A DNA stretch of 64,000 nucleotides from Leucoraja erinacea (Eukaryota), in contig NC_073400.1 in assembly GCF_028641065.1 (NCBI RefSeq), positions 7,564,001 to 7,628,000 of the forward strand, read 5' to 3'. Numbering within the stretch: the first letter of the stretch is position 1; every line of letters begins with the position of its first letter. The notes beneath the pieces were generated by a model that ran no database searches, had not been told where the DNA came from, and saw nothing but the letters and a program-made list of their open reading frames with translations. This document shows, piece by piece, positions 62,785-64,000 of this stretch. The position numbers and the translations under genes are program-made.

Positions 62785-62983
62785 ATGTAGGAAGGAACTA
62801 CAGATGTTGGTTTACACTAAAGATAGACACAAAATGCTGGAGAAACTCAGCGGGACAGAAAGTATCTCTGGAGAAAAGGAATAGGTGACATTTTGCGTCG
62901 AGACTGAAGAATTGTCTTGTTCCTGTTCCTTTTCTCCAGAAATGCTGCCTGACCCGCTGAGTTGTTTCAGTATTTTGTGTCTA
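62785..62983 (-). mobile_element. Penelope-derived hairpin insertion in the last BAK1 intron
   Basis: Inverted arms; approximate TSD ttatttagta / ttatttagca. Confidence 0.75.
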
Positions 62984-63361
62984 TTATTTAGCAAGTAGTT
63001 GCAATATATAGATGAATATCCTAAGATTACCCCGTTTTGTACTAGTTTGCTTGATGCCAGCTAAAAGACGCTCTGATCAGGTTTTCTCATTATCGGATTA
63101 AAACACAGGAATGGAGGGAAAGGGAAGCAATTGCAAATAGCCCAGGTATCAGATAAAACCAGAGAAAGCAGTTATCACGAGTCTGCTGATGTTGAGTCAA
63201 GGTTTACAAAGAATGATGTGGAAAAGTTTGGGAATATTATTGCAATGCTAAAAATATGCTTCAAAAGGGGGAAAATCGGTGGCACAAAATATTGCTCACA
63301 AAAGTCGAACACTTCCTCAACTGGCAAGAAATGAATAGTTGTAAACAAGTATTGCACTTAC

Positions 63362-63542
63362 CCAACCTCCTTGCATTGCAATCCATTGTGCAATTCTATT
63401 TTTCAGAAGAAACTGTGCTATGAATTTTGCAATTTGACTGAGAAATCCCTTCATACCATTCTGGAAGACATGAATGGCCATTCGATAGCCAAAGCCCAAC
63501 AACGCTATCACACGGCCCCAATTTATACCACTTTCAAAAAGC
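63362..63542 (-). CDS. BAK1: BAK1 181-nt exon with BH1 and BH2 motifs; upstream exons lie outside the window
   Basis: cag acceptor at 63543-63545 and GTAAGT donor at 63361-63356. Encodes LFESGINWGRVIALLGFGYRMAIHVFQNGMKGFLSQIAKFIAQFLLKNRIAQWIAMQGGW, in frame with the last exon. Confidence 0.96.
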
Positions 63543-64000
63543 CTGCAAGTAAAACATAATGACAGCATTATATTCAAATTTTGAGTTACATAATATTGTA
63601 TACAGAGCTTCTAATACAGTAAGCAAATTCACACTGCCTATGTTGAACCACGAGTGCTACATACTGTTTATATAATAACCAAGGCTGACGATTCTAAATT
63701 AGTAAACAATGTCACAGAATACTGAGATAGACACAAAATGCTGGAGAAACTCATCAGCGGGTCAGACAGCATCGCTTGGGAGAATGGATAGGAGGTGATT
63801 GTCTCAAGGTCAGTTTATTGTCACATGTACCAATTAAGGTACAGTGAAATTTGAATTACCACACAGCCATACTAAGTGAAAAGCAACAAGACACACACAA
63901 ACAAAATAAAAGTTAACATAAAAAATCCTGGTCAGAAAAAAAAATATTATCTCCGTCAAGGTTAGACATTGAAAAAAGTTTCCTCCATTACATTAGAATG

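Noticed and set aside
63317-63577. 86-aa ORF as a standalone short Bcl-2 protein
   Set aside because: It is an internal BAK1 exon with consensus splice sites; the flanking residues are intron read-through.
1-64000. CRISPR array, operon or other prokaryote-type defence system suggested by a macrodomain, a deaminase and a cell-death gene together
   Set aside because: The genes are intron-containing vertebrate orthologues. The repeats are dispersed transposons rather than regularly spaced repeat-spacer units. Co-location is explained by synteny.
63546-64000. Neuron-specific N-Bak micro-exon upstream of the BH1/BH2 exon
   Set aside because: No convincing 20-nt AG..GT exon is visible, and the intron is cut off by the window edge.

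Overview
Repeat-rich vertebrate genomic DNA, most likely from a cartilaginous fish (inferred from the HE1/V-SINE, shark-type CR1 and Penelope repeat content; skate or ray suspected but not provable here). Three spliced genes can be rebuilt by hand from GT-AG boundaries. (1) OARD1/TARG1 (+ strand): last four coding exons, 1158-7557, with a 63-aa C-terminal extension past the mammalian stop. (2) APOBEC2 (- strand): complete 215-aa CDS in two exons, 31917-32029 and 21667-22201, with a CArG-box promoter and an intron starting 4 nt after the stop. (3) BAK1 (- strand): last two coding exons, 63362-63542 and 61802-61906, followed by about 4 kb of repeat-free putative 3' UTR. The rest is mostly transposable elements: CR1 and Rex1/Babar LINE fragments, V-SINEs, a full-length but dead IR/DR Tc1 transposon, Harbinger-type and hAT-type MITEs, and an old Ty3/Gypsy gag-protease relic. 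The most striking recurrent signal is a family of 200-390 bp Penelope-derived inverted-repeat insertions with 10-16 bp target-site duplications that carry minimal hammerhead ribozyme cores (CUGAAGA-stem II-GAAACGUC). Two of these cores are intact and sense-oriented inside APOBEC2 intron 1. I found no prokaryote-type system (CRISPR, operon). Homology calls rest on motifs recalled from memory, and repeat boundaries are approximate unless a TSD or TIR is quoted.
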